Part shown: in pieces, positions 19,027 to 28,489 of the stretch
How positions within the stretch are numbered: position 1 is the first letter of the stretch
Layout: the number at the start of each line of letters is the position of its first letter
DNA from: Acidobacteriota bacterium
Lineage (GTDB): Bacteria > Acidobacteriota > UBA6911 > JACQSX01
Direction: 5' to 3'
DNA length: 64,000 nucleotides
Assembly (NCBI GenBank): GCA_036507075.1
Contig: DASXQR010000187.1
Coordinates: forward strand, 12,519 to 76,518
Made by a program: the position numbers and the translations under genes
Notes under the pieces: generated by a model
Database searches by the model: none
What the model was told of the DNA's origin: nothing
Seen by the model: the letters and a program-made list of their open reading frames with translations, nothing else

Positions 19027-20766
19027 CTAAGCCCCGTAATCACTCGCGGGCAGGAGAATCGAAAACTCCGTTCCTCTTCCTTCTTCGCTTGAGACTTCAA
19101 TGCTGCCGCGGTGGGCGTCGACTATTTGCGCAACAACGGCAAGGCCCAAACCCGCCCCGGACTGCTTGGTGCTGAAAAAGGGCGTAAAAATCTTGTTAAG
19201 GTGCTCCACCGGGATTCCACACCCAGTGTCTCGCACCTTGATCAAAATGTTCTCTCCGGTTTTCTGAGTGACCAGATCTATCGTACCGCCTCTTTCCATA
19301 GCCTGCAATGAATTCATCAGAAGGTTGTAAAACACCTGAGTCAGTTGGCCGGAATCGGCGGAAATAACCGGCACATCGGAACAGAACTCGCGCACCACAT
19401 TTACTTTGCGCTCTTCTATTTCCAGACGCAGCGCCTCCAGGGTTCTGGCCAAAACCAGGTGCAAATCGGTGGGCTGCAGGCTTGCTTCCTGTGCCGTAGA
19501 GTACTGTAGAATATTTTCCACGATCTTCTCCAGGCGCATCACCTCGGCGATCACAATTTCAATGTCCTCACGCATCGGGTGGGAACCGGACATCTCCTTT
19601 GCCAGCAGCCGGGCGAAACCGCCGATCGCCACCAGCGGGTTGCGTATTTCGTGGGCCACGGTAGCGGCCATTTTGCCGACTGTAGACAGGCGTTCCGCGC
19701 GAAGCAGCTTCTGTTGATTTTCCTGCAGCTTTTCTCTCGACCTTTCAAGCGCGCGAATCTTCTCCTGCAGATCGCGGTAGAGCTGTGAAGTTTCAATGCC
19801 CGAACTTGCATGGCTGGCGAAGATTTCAAGCAGTTTAACCTGTGTCGATGTAATCGATCTTCTATTAATCAGATTGTCGACGATCAAAACTCCGATTTCG
19901 CGCTTCTGCGTATACAGCGGTATTACAGCAAACGTGTCCGAACCAAGAATGTCAGCCAGATCAGGATCAGAAATCAATCCCTCCTCGGCCATTCCCCGGA
20001 TCACATTGAATGATTTCTTTTCCGTAAGAGCGCGAACCAGGAGACTGTTGATATTTTGGAGAGATAATTCGACGGCGCGAATTTGCGCGCTGATGGCCGT
20101 GTCAACCAACGGCCGGGCGGGATCATAGGCGCCCAGAATATCTCCCAGCGTCCAGGCTTTCTCGCTCAGATCGGCCCAGATCCTGCCTGCTTCATGCGAA
20201 TCGCAGGGACCGATGGCGGCTCTTCCCTCGAGCTTTTGAGTCTGGGGTGAAAAGAGCAGGAGGAAGGCCCGATTGAACTGTAATCCCTGCTGTGCAGTTA
20301 CACCGACCAGGGTTATGTAAAGGACCTCATTCAGGTCGGTGGTACGCTGCAGCGCTTTACTGAACTCGTTCAGCGTAGCCAGTTCATTGACACGCCTGCT
20401 GAGGTCGGCTTCGAAGCGTTTCTTCTGGGTGACATCCCGCCCCAGCAAAACTATTTCACGGACCCGCTGCTGCGGATCCAGCATCGGATAACTGACCAGT
20501 TCGACCTGGACATCGCTGTCGGTTTCACTCTGGAAGGAAATATTCAGCTCTCCTTCGAGCAGGCGGTCGGGAGGCAGGAAGCTGAATATATCGAACTCGC
20601 CGAGCGCAAGCTGATACTTGGCCAGTTCATACCAGGTGCGCCCCACGATTTTATCGGAGGGGATTCTGAGCAACTGCAGCATCTCCGGATTCACCGAGAT
20701 AATCCGGAAATCGCTCGGGTTCACCACCATCATCCCGTCGCGCATTTCAGCCGAACTTTCCGGCAT
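19027..20766 (-). CDS. Cytoplasmic PAS/GAF sensor histidine kinase
   Basis: VAHEIRNPL H-box, NLLMNS, DTGCGI, PFFSTK, GAGLGL; N-terminal PAS-like and GAF-like regions, no TM helix seen. Confidence 0.92.
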   Translation of the reverse strand: MPESSAEMRDGMMVVNPSDFRIISVNPEMLQLLRIPSDKIVGRTWYELAKYQLALGEFDIFSFLPPDRLLEGELNISFQSETDSDVQVELVSYPMLDPQQRVREIVLLGRDVTQKKRFEADLSRRVNELATLNEFSKALQRTTDLNEVLYITLVGVTAQQGLQFNRAFLLLFSPQTQKLEGRAAIGPCDSHEAGRIWADLSEKAWTLGDILGAYDPARPLVDTAISAQIRAVELSLQNINSLLVRALTEKKSFNVIRGMAEEGLISDPDLADILGSDTFAVIPLYTQKREIGVLIVDNLINRRSITSTQVKLLEIFASHASSGIETSQLYRDLQEKIRALERSREKLQENQQKLLRAERLSTVGKMAATVAHEIRNPLVAIGGFARLLAKEMSGSHPMREDIEIVIAEVMRLEKIVENILQYSTAQEASLQPTDLHLVLARTLEALRLEIEERKVNVVREFCSDVPVISADSGQLTQVFYNLLMNSLQAMERGGTIDLVTQKTGENILIKVRDTGCGIPVEHLNKIFTPFFSTKQSGAGLGLAVVAQIVDAHRGSIEVSSEEGRGTEFSILLPASDYGA

Positions 20767-20780
20767 GCAAAATTACCCCC

Positions 20781-20937
20781 TTTCACCACAAAGACTCAAA
20801 GGACACAAAGTGTGACGAGGGTCAGACAGAGGCCGGTCAGCCGTGCAAGCTGAGTTGTGGCCGCAAACTATTGAAGCGGACCGGGCCTCTGTCTGACCCT
20901 CGTCTCGCTTCGTGTCCTTTGTGCCTTTGTGGTGAAA
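20781..20937. repeat. CACCACAAAG 9-mer element with GACGAGGG inner stem
   Basis: tttcaccacaaag... / ...ctttgtggtgaaa arms; gacgagggtcagacagagg / cctctgtctgaccctcgtc inner stem. Confidence 0.9.
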
Positions 20938-20971
20938 ATTCCCTAATCAAACTTTACATCTGAATACAGGA

Positions 20972-22447
20972 TTATCGCATTTTACCGATGACAAGCTGAT
21001 AGAGCTCTTTATATCGGACCGCGCTTTTCTTCCACGAGAAGTCCTCTGCCATGCCGCGCCTCATCAGCGCTCTCCACCCTGTTTTGTCCTGAAAGGCGAA
21101 CATGGCGCGTCTCATTGCTTCGAGCATTTCACGACTGGAATAAGAAAAGAACTTGAATCCGTTACCCTGAGGATCCTGATGGTAATCTTTGACCGTATCG
21201 GCCAGTCCGCCGGTATGCCGCACAATAGGAACCGTGCCATAACGAAGGCTGTACATTTGGTTTAGCCCGCAAGGCTCGTAGCGCGAGGGCATTAGAAACA
21301 TGTCGCTGCCCGCCTCAATCCAGTGCGCCAGCTTGTCGTCGAAACCAAAGTTTGCGCTCAACCGCTGGGGGAACCGCCTGGCCGCATCCTGGAAGGCCTG
21401 GTGGTACTTTTTCTGCCCCGAGCCAAGCAGAACCATTTGCACATTCATATCAGTGATCTGCGGCAGCGCTTCCAGCACCAGATCCAATCCTTTCTGATCG
21501 ACCAGCCGCGAAATGATGCCTATCAACGGAATCGCGCTGTCCACGGGAAAACCGCAGGCTTGCTGCAGTTCCGATTTGTCCTTCGCCTTTCCCGCCAGCC
21601 GGCCCGCACTGTAGCGGGCCGGAATGAACTCGTCGGTCGCCGGATTCCACTGCTGATCGTCAACCCCGTTCAAAATGCCGTGGAGATCACCCCGCCTGCT
21701 GTGCAGCACCGTCTCAAGCCCGTGCCCGTACTCGGGGCTATATTGGATTTCGCGGGCGTAGGTGGGACTGACCGTGTTGATCACATCGGCGAACAGGATA
21801 CCCGCCTTCATCATGTTGAGGTCTCCGAAATACTCGAAGGGTCCATTGGGGTAGGTGAGATCGCGCGGAAGATCGGTGAGCTTGAAAAGGTCCATTCCGA
21901 CGCGTCCCTGATAAGCCAGGTTGTGAATGGTATACAGAGACCCTACCCGCGCCAAATCCTTATCGGCTCGAAAAACAAGCTTGAGGTATGCCGGTATCAG
22001 AGCCGTGTGTGAATCGTTGCAGTGTATTACGTGGGGCAACCAGCCTATCCTGCGGCACGCGACAAATACAGCTTTCATAAAAAACACAAACCGCTGGAAG
22101 TTGTCCCAATACCCTTCGCCCGAAACAGGGTCGTCGTAAATTCCCGGACGCGAGAAAAAATCCGAATTGCCAACAAAGTAAATAGGGACCGAGGATCCCG
22201 GCAGTTCGGCTTCCCACAGGTCGGCGCCAAAGGTATAAATCTCCAGCGGGATCCGGCCTAAATCCGCCTTCCAGCGGATCCGTTCTGCTTCACGCAGGTC
22301 TCCATAGCGGGGGACGATGACGCGCGCATCTACATCAAGTTTTGCCAGCGCCGCCGGCAGGGCGCCAACCACGTCGGCCAGACCGCCCGCCTTGGCAAAA
22401 GGCGCAGCTTCAGCGGCGGCGATTAGAACACGCAACTTCTCGGCCAT
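20972..22447 (-). CDS. glgA: Glycogen synthase
   Basis: KAGGLADV, HCND, TIHNLAYQG, SRLVDQKG, PSRYEPCGLNQ; TAATG overlap with galT. Confidence 0.96.
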   Translation of the reverse strand: MAEKLRVLIAAAEAAPFAKAGGLADVVGALPAALAKLDVDARVIVPRYGDLREAERIRWKADLGRIPLEIYTFGADLWEAELPGSSVPIYFVGNSDFFSRPGIYDDPVSGEGYWDNFQRFVFFMKAVFVACRRIGWLPHVIHCNDSHTALIPAYLKLVFRADKDLARVGSLYTIHNLAYQGRVGMDLFKLTDLPRDLTYPNGPFEYFGDLNMMKAGILFADVINTVSPTYAREIQYSPEYGHGLETVLHSRRGDLHGILNGVDDQQWNPATDEFIPARYSAGRLAGKAKDKSELQQACGFPVDSAIPLIGIISRLVDQKGLDLVLEALPQITDMNVQMVLLGSGQKKYHQAFQDAARRFPQRLSANFGFDDKLAHWIEAGSDMFLMPSRYEPCGLNQMYSLRYGTVPIVRHTGGLADTVKDYHQDPQGNGFKFFSYSSREMLEAMRRAMFAFQDKTGWRALMRRGMAEDFSWKKSAVRYKELYQLVIGKMR

Positions 22448-23475
22448 TAAACTTCTGCTTCGCGCAGGAATCGCGCCGCTTCCTCGGGAGCAGCGGGATT
22501 GACATAAAAGCCTGTGCCCCACTCAAAACCTGCCACCCGGGTCAGCCGCGGAAGGATTTCTATGTGCCAGTGAAAGTCCTGTTCAATCGTTTGCCAATAC
22601 GTCACCCGCCGGGCGCCCGCTTTCGTGTTGGGCGACGTGTGGAGCACGAAGTTGTAGGGCGGATCATTCAACGTTACTTTGATACGGCGCAGCGTCTCGC
22701 TGAAGATTCCGGCAAGAGAGCGAATCTGATCGTCTGTGATGGCGGCAAAATCGTGGCGATGGCGCCTGGGCGCCAGAAAAACTTCAAAGGGAAAGCGAGA
22801 AGCATAGGGCGTGATAACCACAAAGTCATCGTTAAGGGCGACCACGCGCGTACCGGCCTCAAGTTCATCCTGGATGATATCGCAGTAGATGCATCTTTCC
22901 TTCAGATTGAAGTGCTCCATTGCTGACTTCAATTCCATGGCAACGTTCTTGGGCGTCACAGGTGTGGCGATCAACTGGCTGTGCGGATGCGCCAGCGTAG
23001 CGCCTGCGGCAAGACCGTAATTCTTGAAAATCAGGACATAGCGAAGTCTCCGATCATTCATCAGATCATTCAACCGGTCGCGATAGGCTCGCAAAACCAG
23101 TTCCACCTGCGAAAGCGCCAGATCCGGCAGGTTGACTTCGTGATCCGGACTTTCCACGATCACTTCGTGGGCTCCCACCCCGTTCATCGCATCATACAAG
23201 CCGTGACCGCGTCGTTTTAGCTCGCCTTCCACTTTCAGCGCCGGAAACTTGTTGGGCACGACACGCACCCGCCATCCGGGGGTGTTCGGCGCGGAACCAT
23301 TCGTCCTGATGGAATAGATCTCCGCAGGCGCCTTGGCTTCGTTTCCTTCGCAAAACGGGCAGAAACCGCCGTCCGGCATGGTGTTGTCAACGACAAAGTC
23401 GTCAGGCCTTCGGCCCCGTTCCGTAGAAATAATCACCCAGCGATGCTGCAGCGGGTCATGCCGCAATTCGGGCAC
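22447..23475 (-). CDS. galT: Galactose-1-phosphate uridylyltransferase-like protein
   Basis: CPFCEGNE, VVPNKFPAL, GAHEVIVE, HPHSQ catalytic motif, HWHIEILP, GFEWGTG. Confidence 0.9.
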   Translation of the reverse strand: MPELRHDPLQHRWVIISTERGRRPDDFVVDNTMPDGGFCPFCEGNEAKAPAEIYSIRTNGSAPNTPGWRVRVVPNKFPALKVEGELKRRGHGLYDAMNGVGAHEVIVESPDHEVNLPDLALSQVELVLRAYRDRLNDLMNDRRLRYVLIFKNYGLAAGATLAHPHSQLIATPVTPKNVAMELKSAMEHFNLKERCIYCDIIQDELEAGTRVVALNDDFVVITPYASRFPFEVFLAPRRHRHDFAAITDDQIRSLAGIFSETLRRIKVTLNDPPYNFVLHTSPNTKAGARRVTYWQTIEQDFHWHIEILPRLTRVAGFEWGTGFYVNPAAPEEAARFLREAEV

Positions 23476-23493
23476 AGATTCCTCCTGTCAATG

Positions 23494-23710
23494 CCAGCCC
23501 GGATTATTCATAAATCTTCACCGCCAAGACCTCTAAGAGCGCTAAGAAAAGCGCCAAGGACGGGGGCTGAAACTTGAAGCATGAAGGCCAGCAACCCTTT
23601 CTTCCGTCTGCGCAGTGTCTTCATGCTTCAAGTTTCAGCCCCCGTCCTTGGCGCTCTCTTGGCGTTCTTGGCGGTCTTCGCGGTTAAGTTTTTTGGGAAT
23701 AATCCGCTAG
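23494..23710. mobile_element. MITE-like hairpin element (CCGGATTATTC family), copy 2
   Basis: cccggattattc...gaataatccgctag ends; gcgccaaggacgggggctgaaacttgaagcatgaag stem. Confidence 0.85.
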
Positions 23711-23754
23711 TCCTGTGGAATGGTATTCCAACCGCGGCTTTGTCGCCAAAAGAT

Positions 23755-25866
23755 TCATACAAACCAGGTGCTGCGTTCTTCATCGAGCGCCAGTCTCATT
23801 TCAAATGAGTCGTCTCTGGGCCAACGCTCCAACTGCCGGTCTTCTCTCCAAACCTGCAGGAACCAGCGGACCTTAGATCCCGGCACGACGGACAGGACCG
23901 ACATCGGCATTCCAATTTCCATCACTTTATGAAAAGCGAAGGTGAGAAGTGGCCGGCGCTCCCCGTGCTGAGAAACCCAAGCGGCAAAATTCTTTCCTTC
24001 GCCTTCAATTTCAAATACGCAGAATTCCGGTTGCTGAAACGAGATCTCAAATTTCAGCTTTCCCGTTGTTTTCTCGATCAGAGCGCCTTCCACGTCCAAC
24101 CGCAGAAAAAAATATTCTTCGTTAAAGCCAAACCAGATCTCACGGATAACCGGTTGCGCGGCGTGCATCGCTCCGCCAATTGCGGCCGCTGTAATTCGCC
24201 CCGCCCCCAACCACTCAAAATAACTGCTGACCCGGCCGTCAAACCGGGGGTTCAGGCGGCTGGCCGGCGGTTCGATGGCCAACGTTCCCCGCCCTTTGAG
24301 GATCGGTTGCGAGAGCTCGGCAGGCGGCTGCAGCTTCAGCTTCTGATATACGCTCTGCAGGTGCGACCGGAACAGGCGGTCAAAGTCATCCTTATAGTCG
24401 GAAGCATGATCGTCGCCGTACCACCAGAACCAGTCGCTTCCTTCCGTGACATAAATATGCTCCCAGATCTCCGGATCGGTCTCCGGGGTTGAAAGCCGGG
24501 CCGCAACCTCGCGGGTCGCCGCCAGCAGCTCCCATGCATGATTCTTTTCAGGATGGCCGATCCAGACTTTGAAGTCCGCATGAATCCATGAGCCGGTATG
24601 CAGTGACTTGAGTTCCTTCCGAGGCGCGTGTCTTCTCAGGTACTCGGAAAAGGTAACAGTCTCGACACTCGACTGGGACTGCAGCAGGGCCAGCACGTTT
24701 TCCCAAAAATGAACGCCATTCTGCGGATAGTACTCCCACGCGTTTTCACCATCCAGAATCACGGAAACTACCGAGTCCTGCGGCAGGCGCCGCGACATTT
24801 GGCCGAGCTGGTCGACGAAATCCCTGGCCGCGGCTTCGGCAGGCCAGCGCGAGTAAGTAAAGCCGACCAGATCGGACAAAGTGCGGTCCCGAAAGAATAC
24901 CGCAACCGACTTTCCATGCACCGTAAACAGGTAGGGATAGAAATGAGACTCCGTACTGGTGTCCTGCAACGACAACTGCAGCACCGCTTCATCCGAGGCG
25001 GTCCAGGCAAGACCTGCATCGATCATCATTGAGGCGACCTGGGGACTTACGGATCCTTCTGATGGCCACATCCCCGATGACACCGCGCCAAACACCTGCT
25101 CAAACCGCCGCATCCCTTCGATAATCTGATGCCGCGCATCCTCGGGACTGCACAGCATTACCGAAGGAAGCGGAAGATCCGGCCGGGCGACGCGCGCAGA
25201 CCGGGTGTCGCACAGCAAGGGAAGAATGGGATGGTATAACGGACTGCAGCTTAACTCGATTTGTCCAGTTTGATGAAGCCGGCGGTAGAGCGGAATGATC
25301 TGTGCTAAAAATTTCTTCTGTAAGGATAACAACTCGAGCTTTTCGTCTTCGGTAAAATCCTTTCCCTTGGATATCAACTGGTGAACCAGTGGCTGTTGCT
25401 GCAGGAACTGCCCTGACCAGGCGAGCTGAAACCAGACCTGCAGATCGCGATAGTCTCGTTCCAGAAACTGTTCGATTTTCCAGCTTCCTCCCGGCCGAAT
25501 CGCGGACTGTCGCATCTGGAGCAGCGACCGGTAGCGCGGATACGGTAAAACCATGTTCTGCCAGTTGAGTGAAAAAAAGTTCTTGAGCAGGAATTCTTTT
25601 TCGTCGTCCTGCAGATCGGCGGCGGGTTTGGAAGCAAAGTAAAGAAAGTAATCCGAAACCTCGGTACCAGTGTAATCCTGTAACTGCATCAGGAGCGACG
25701 GGGCCACATTGACGGTACAGCGGAAACCCGGAAAAGCCTCTACCCTGGCCACCATGTCGAAATAATCCTTGAGGGCGTGCAGGCGCACCCAGGGCATCGC
25801 ATAAGTCCCGGTATGCGGATCCTTGTAGTAGGGCTGGTGCATGTGCCACAGAAATGCCAGGTACAT
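23755..25866 (-). CDS. Glycoside hydrolase family 57 (amylase/amylopullulanase-like)
   Basis: WHMHQP, WVRLH, HPILPLL, GMWPSEG, LDGENAWE, EGSDWFWW. Confidence 0.93.
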   Translation of the reverse strand: MYLAFLWHMHQPYYKDPHTGTYAMPWVRLHALKDYFDMVARVEAFPGFRCTVNVAPSLLMQLQDYTGTEVSDYFLYFASKPAADLQDDEKEFLLKNFFSLNWQNMVLPYPRYRSLLQMRQSAIRPGGSWKIEQFLERDYRDLQVWFQLAWSGQFLQQQPLVHQLISKGKDFTEDEKLELLSLQKKFLAQIIPLYRRLHQTGQIELSCSPLYHPILPLLCDTRSARVARPDLPLPSVMLCSPEDARHQIIEGMRRFEQVFGAVSSGMWPSEGSVSPQVASMMIDAGLAWTASDEAVLQLSLQDTSTESHFYPYLFTVHGKSVAVFFRDRTLSDLVGFTYSRWPAEAAARDFVDQLGQMSRRLPQDSVVSVILDGENAWEYYPQNGVHFWENVLALLQSQSSVETVTFSEYLRRHAPRKELKSLHTGSWIHADFKVWIGHPEKNHAWELLAATREVAARLSTPETDPEIWEHIYVTEGSDWFWWYGDDHASDYKDDFDRLFRSHLQSVYQKLKLQPPAELSQPILKGRGTLAIEPPASRLNPRFDGRVSSYFEWLGAGRITAAAIGGAMHAAQPVIREIWFGFNEEYFFLRLDVEGALIEKTTGKLKFEISFQQPEFCVFEIEGEGKNFAAWVSQHGERRPLLTFAFHKVMEIGMPMSVLSVVPGSKVRWFLQVWREDRQLERWPRDDSFEMRLALDEERSTWFV

Positions 25867-25902
25867 TCTGCGCTATGGTAGCAGAGTGACTAACGCAGAA
25901 AA

Positions 25903-26236
25903 TGGGGATTCCGGAATGCGGAATGGGGATTCCGGAATGCGGAGAAGACGAGTGGACTGTAACATGTGAATCACTACCCCGGATTATTCACAAAATACTT
26001 AACCGCGAAGACCGCCAAGAACGCCAAGAGAGCGGCAAGGACGGGGGCTGAAACTTGAAGCATGAAGACACGAAGCAGATGAAAGAAAGGGTTGATGGCC
26101 TTCATGCTTCAAGTTTCAGCCCCCGTCCTTGCCGCTTTTCTTAGCGCTCTTAGCGTTCTTGGCGGTGAAGCTTTATGCATAACCGGGGTAGTGATTCACA
26201 TGTTACAGTCCACTCGTCTTCCGCATTCCGCATTCG
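25903..26236. mobile_element. Multi-layer palindrome containing MITE copy 3
   Basis: CGGAATG heptamers > perfect 39-bp IR (25944-25982 / 26183-26221) > 9-mer IR > inner stem; core is an inverted near-copy of 23494-23710. Confidence 0.88.
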
Positions 26237-26245
26237 AAGGCATCG

Positions 26246-27358
26246 TTAAAGCTTGACGGTCTTCCCCGAGCGGGCCGCCTCATAAATGCCCATCATGATC
26301 TTCAGGTCGCGCAAGCCCTCTTCGCCTGGCGTAAGAGGTTCTGCTCCGTTCATTACGCACTCGGTGAGATGGTCCATCTCAAGAGTAAAGTGGTTTTCCT
26401 GGGGCAAAACACGCTCCTCGGTCACATTGCCCTTCTTCACAAACATGCGCAAACCCGTGTATGAGGTGGCCGGTTCCAGCTCAAACCATCCTTGATTGGT
26501 AACGACACGATAGCGATTCTGGCCCGCATAACCGTAGCTGGAAGTACAGTTGGCGAGCACCCCGCTGGGAAATCGCAGCTGGAAATTGATGGCCTCCTCG
26601 ACTTCACGGAAGCGACTGTCACCGGGCGTGCTGTACATCATGGCATTTACTTCGGCCGGCTCTTCGCCCGTGATATAGCGAGTCGCCTGAAGGCTGTAGA
26701 TGCCAATGTCCATCAGCGATCCTCCGCCCGCGAGAACCTTGTTCAATCGCCACTGTGCGGGGTCACCGATGTTGAATCCGTGGTCTCCCACGATTACCTT
26801 GATCGGGCCCAGTTCCTTGTCACGCGCCATCTTGATCATTGCGCGATTAAACGGCTCGTACCGGCATCGATAAGCCACCATTAGTTTTCGATTGGCTTTG
26901 CGGCTCGCGTCAACCATTTCCTGACAATCCTTTGGAGTGTTTGCCATCGGCTTTTCGGTCAGGACGTGCTTGCCGGCTTGTGCCGCGCGGATGGTGTACT
27001 CGGCGTGCATGCCGTTGGGCAGTACCACGTAAACAATGTCGATTTCAGGATTGTCGCGGATGCTATCGTAATTCTGGTAGTTGTAAATATTCTTTGGGCT
27101 GACGCCGTATCGAAGCGCCAGCTTGTTGGCCTTGTCCGGATGGCCGCTCACGAAAGCCGAGATCTTTGATTTTTCACACTTGGCGAAAGCGGGAAGAATC
27201 TGATTGATGGCAAGATTCCCCAGCCCGACTATCGCCCAGCCGAGCTTCTTACCCGGCGGCTCAGGTACCCGCTGAGCCTGCAACGGCGAAATTAAAGCGC
27301 TGCTGACGCCTGCGGCAGCCAGCTTCAAAAAATCACGTCGGGCACTTTGGCTAGTCAT
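26246..27358 (-). CDS. Gfo/Idh/MocA oxidoreductase (glucose-fructose oxidoreductase-like), Tat-exported
   Basis: ARRDFLK twin-arginine signal, VGLG, EKPMA, AYRCRY, GGGSLMDIGIY. Confidence 0.92.
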   Translation of the reverse strand: MTSQSARRDFLKLAAAGVSSALISPLQAQRVPEPPGKKLGWAIVGLGNLAINQILPAFAKCEKSKISAFVSGHPDKANKLALRYGVSPKNIYNYQNYDSIRDNPEIDIVYVVLPNGMHAEYTIRAAQAGKHVLTEKPMANTPKDCQEMVDASRKANRKLMVAYRCRYEPFNRAMIKMARDKELGPIKVIVGDHGFNIGDPAQWRLNKVLAGGGSLMDIGIYSLQATRYITGEEPAEVNAMMYSTPGDSRFREVEEAINFQLRFPSGVLANCTSSYGYAGQNRYRVVTNQGWFELEPATSYTGLRMFVKKGNVTEERVLPQENHFTLEMDHLTECVMNGAEPLTPGEEGLRDLKIMMGIYEAARSGKTVKL

Positions 27359-27379
27359 TTAGACCTCCAAACAAGATAT

Positions 27380-27662
27380 GGGTTATCGCGTTCGCGGGTT
27401 ACGGGTTCCGGGTTATCGCGTTCGCGCGTTACGGGTTCCGGGTTTCCGGGTCGCGGGTTTGCGGGTTACGGGCTAAGGTGCGATTGGAAATTCATAACGA
27501 AAATTCCGCAGTCCTGAGATTCAACAATTTCTTAATTTCGACAATTTCTTAACAAGAGGAACCCATGACCCCTAACACACTACCCGTAACCCGCAAACCT
27601 GTAACCCGTAACCCGCTAACCCGTAACCCGTAACCCGCTAATCCGGAAACGCGCAACGCGCG
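27380..27662. repeat. Inverted GGGTTAC heptamer arrays
   Basis: (gggttac/gggttcc)n left, (aacccgt)n right, AT-rich spacer. Confidence 0.85.
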
Positions 27663-27663
27663 T

Positions 27664-28317
27664 TTAGCGCGCGCGCCGGTATTGCGCCAGCAGCGGATCG
27701 ATGACCTGTCTCCAGTTGTCCAGTGTCCATTCCTCGCTCGCCTGGATGCCGGCCCCGTTGATGGCAAACGACGGAGTTCCGTTCATCCCGCGCCCTGCGC
27801 CGAATTTCCACGACTGGCGAACGCGAGTGTTGTAGTCGCGATTGTCCATGCCTTTGGTAAAGAATTCACGGTCTACGCCTATGCTCTCGGCATATTCAGT
27901 AAATTTGCCCAATACTTCTTTCTTGTCTGTCAACTTGTTCCAGTCATCCTGCTTCTCATAGAGCAGTTCGGCCATCTCCCAGAACTTTCCTTTTTCGTGC
28001 GCCACCTCGGCCGCCTGAGATGCGTCAAACGCGTTTCTGTGATAGGGAAGCGGCAAGTGATGCTGGATGAAGCGCAGATTCTCGCCATAATGCGCCATCA
28101 ACTGTTTCATCACCGGCCAGGCCTTCTTGCTGTCGGGACACTGAAAGTCAGCAAATTCCTCAAGGGTCAACGGGGCGGCCGTCGATCCTTTTACATGGGC
28201 CCCGGGAACCACTGCTGCCGTGAGCATGCGCCGGAACTCCGGAGTCAGTTCCTGACTCATCGCTTCCCGCGCTCCAACAACCATGATCGCTACAGCGAGA
28301 ATTCTGTGGATTATCAT
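27664..28317 (-). CDS. DsbA-family thioredoxin-fold protein, CxxS variant
   Basis: Signal peptide; EFADFQCPDS, GKFWEM..LLYE.Q, GTPSF cis-Pro loop. Confidence 0.85.
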   Translation of the reverse strand: MIIHRILAVAIMVVGAREAMSQELTPEFRRMLTAAVVPGAHVKGSTAAPLTLEEFADFQCPDSKKAWPVMKQLMAHYGENLRFIQHHLPLPYHRNAFDASQAAEVAHEKGKFWEMAELLYEKQDDWNKLTDKKEVLGKFTEYAESIGVDREFFTKGMDNRDYNTRVRQSWKFGAGRGMNGTPSFAINGAGIQASEEWTLDNWRQVIDPLLAQYRRAR

Positions 28318-28333
28318 ACATTTCCTTTCGCAC

Positions 28334-28475
28334 TTCGGAATGCGGATTTGTCAAAATGCGGATTTCGGAATGCGGAATGCGGAATAAAGAAGTTATTTTT
28401 TTTTCAGATTCGAACAATCAATTCAGATATATTCCGCATTCCGCATTCCGTATTCCACATTCACCATTCCGCATT
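28334..28475. repeat. Inverted CGGAATG heptamer element
   Basis: atgcggatttcggaatgcggaatgcggaata / tattccgcattccgcattccg. Confidence 0.88.
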
Positions 28476-28489
28476 TTGAGAAATTCGCC

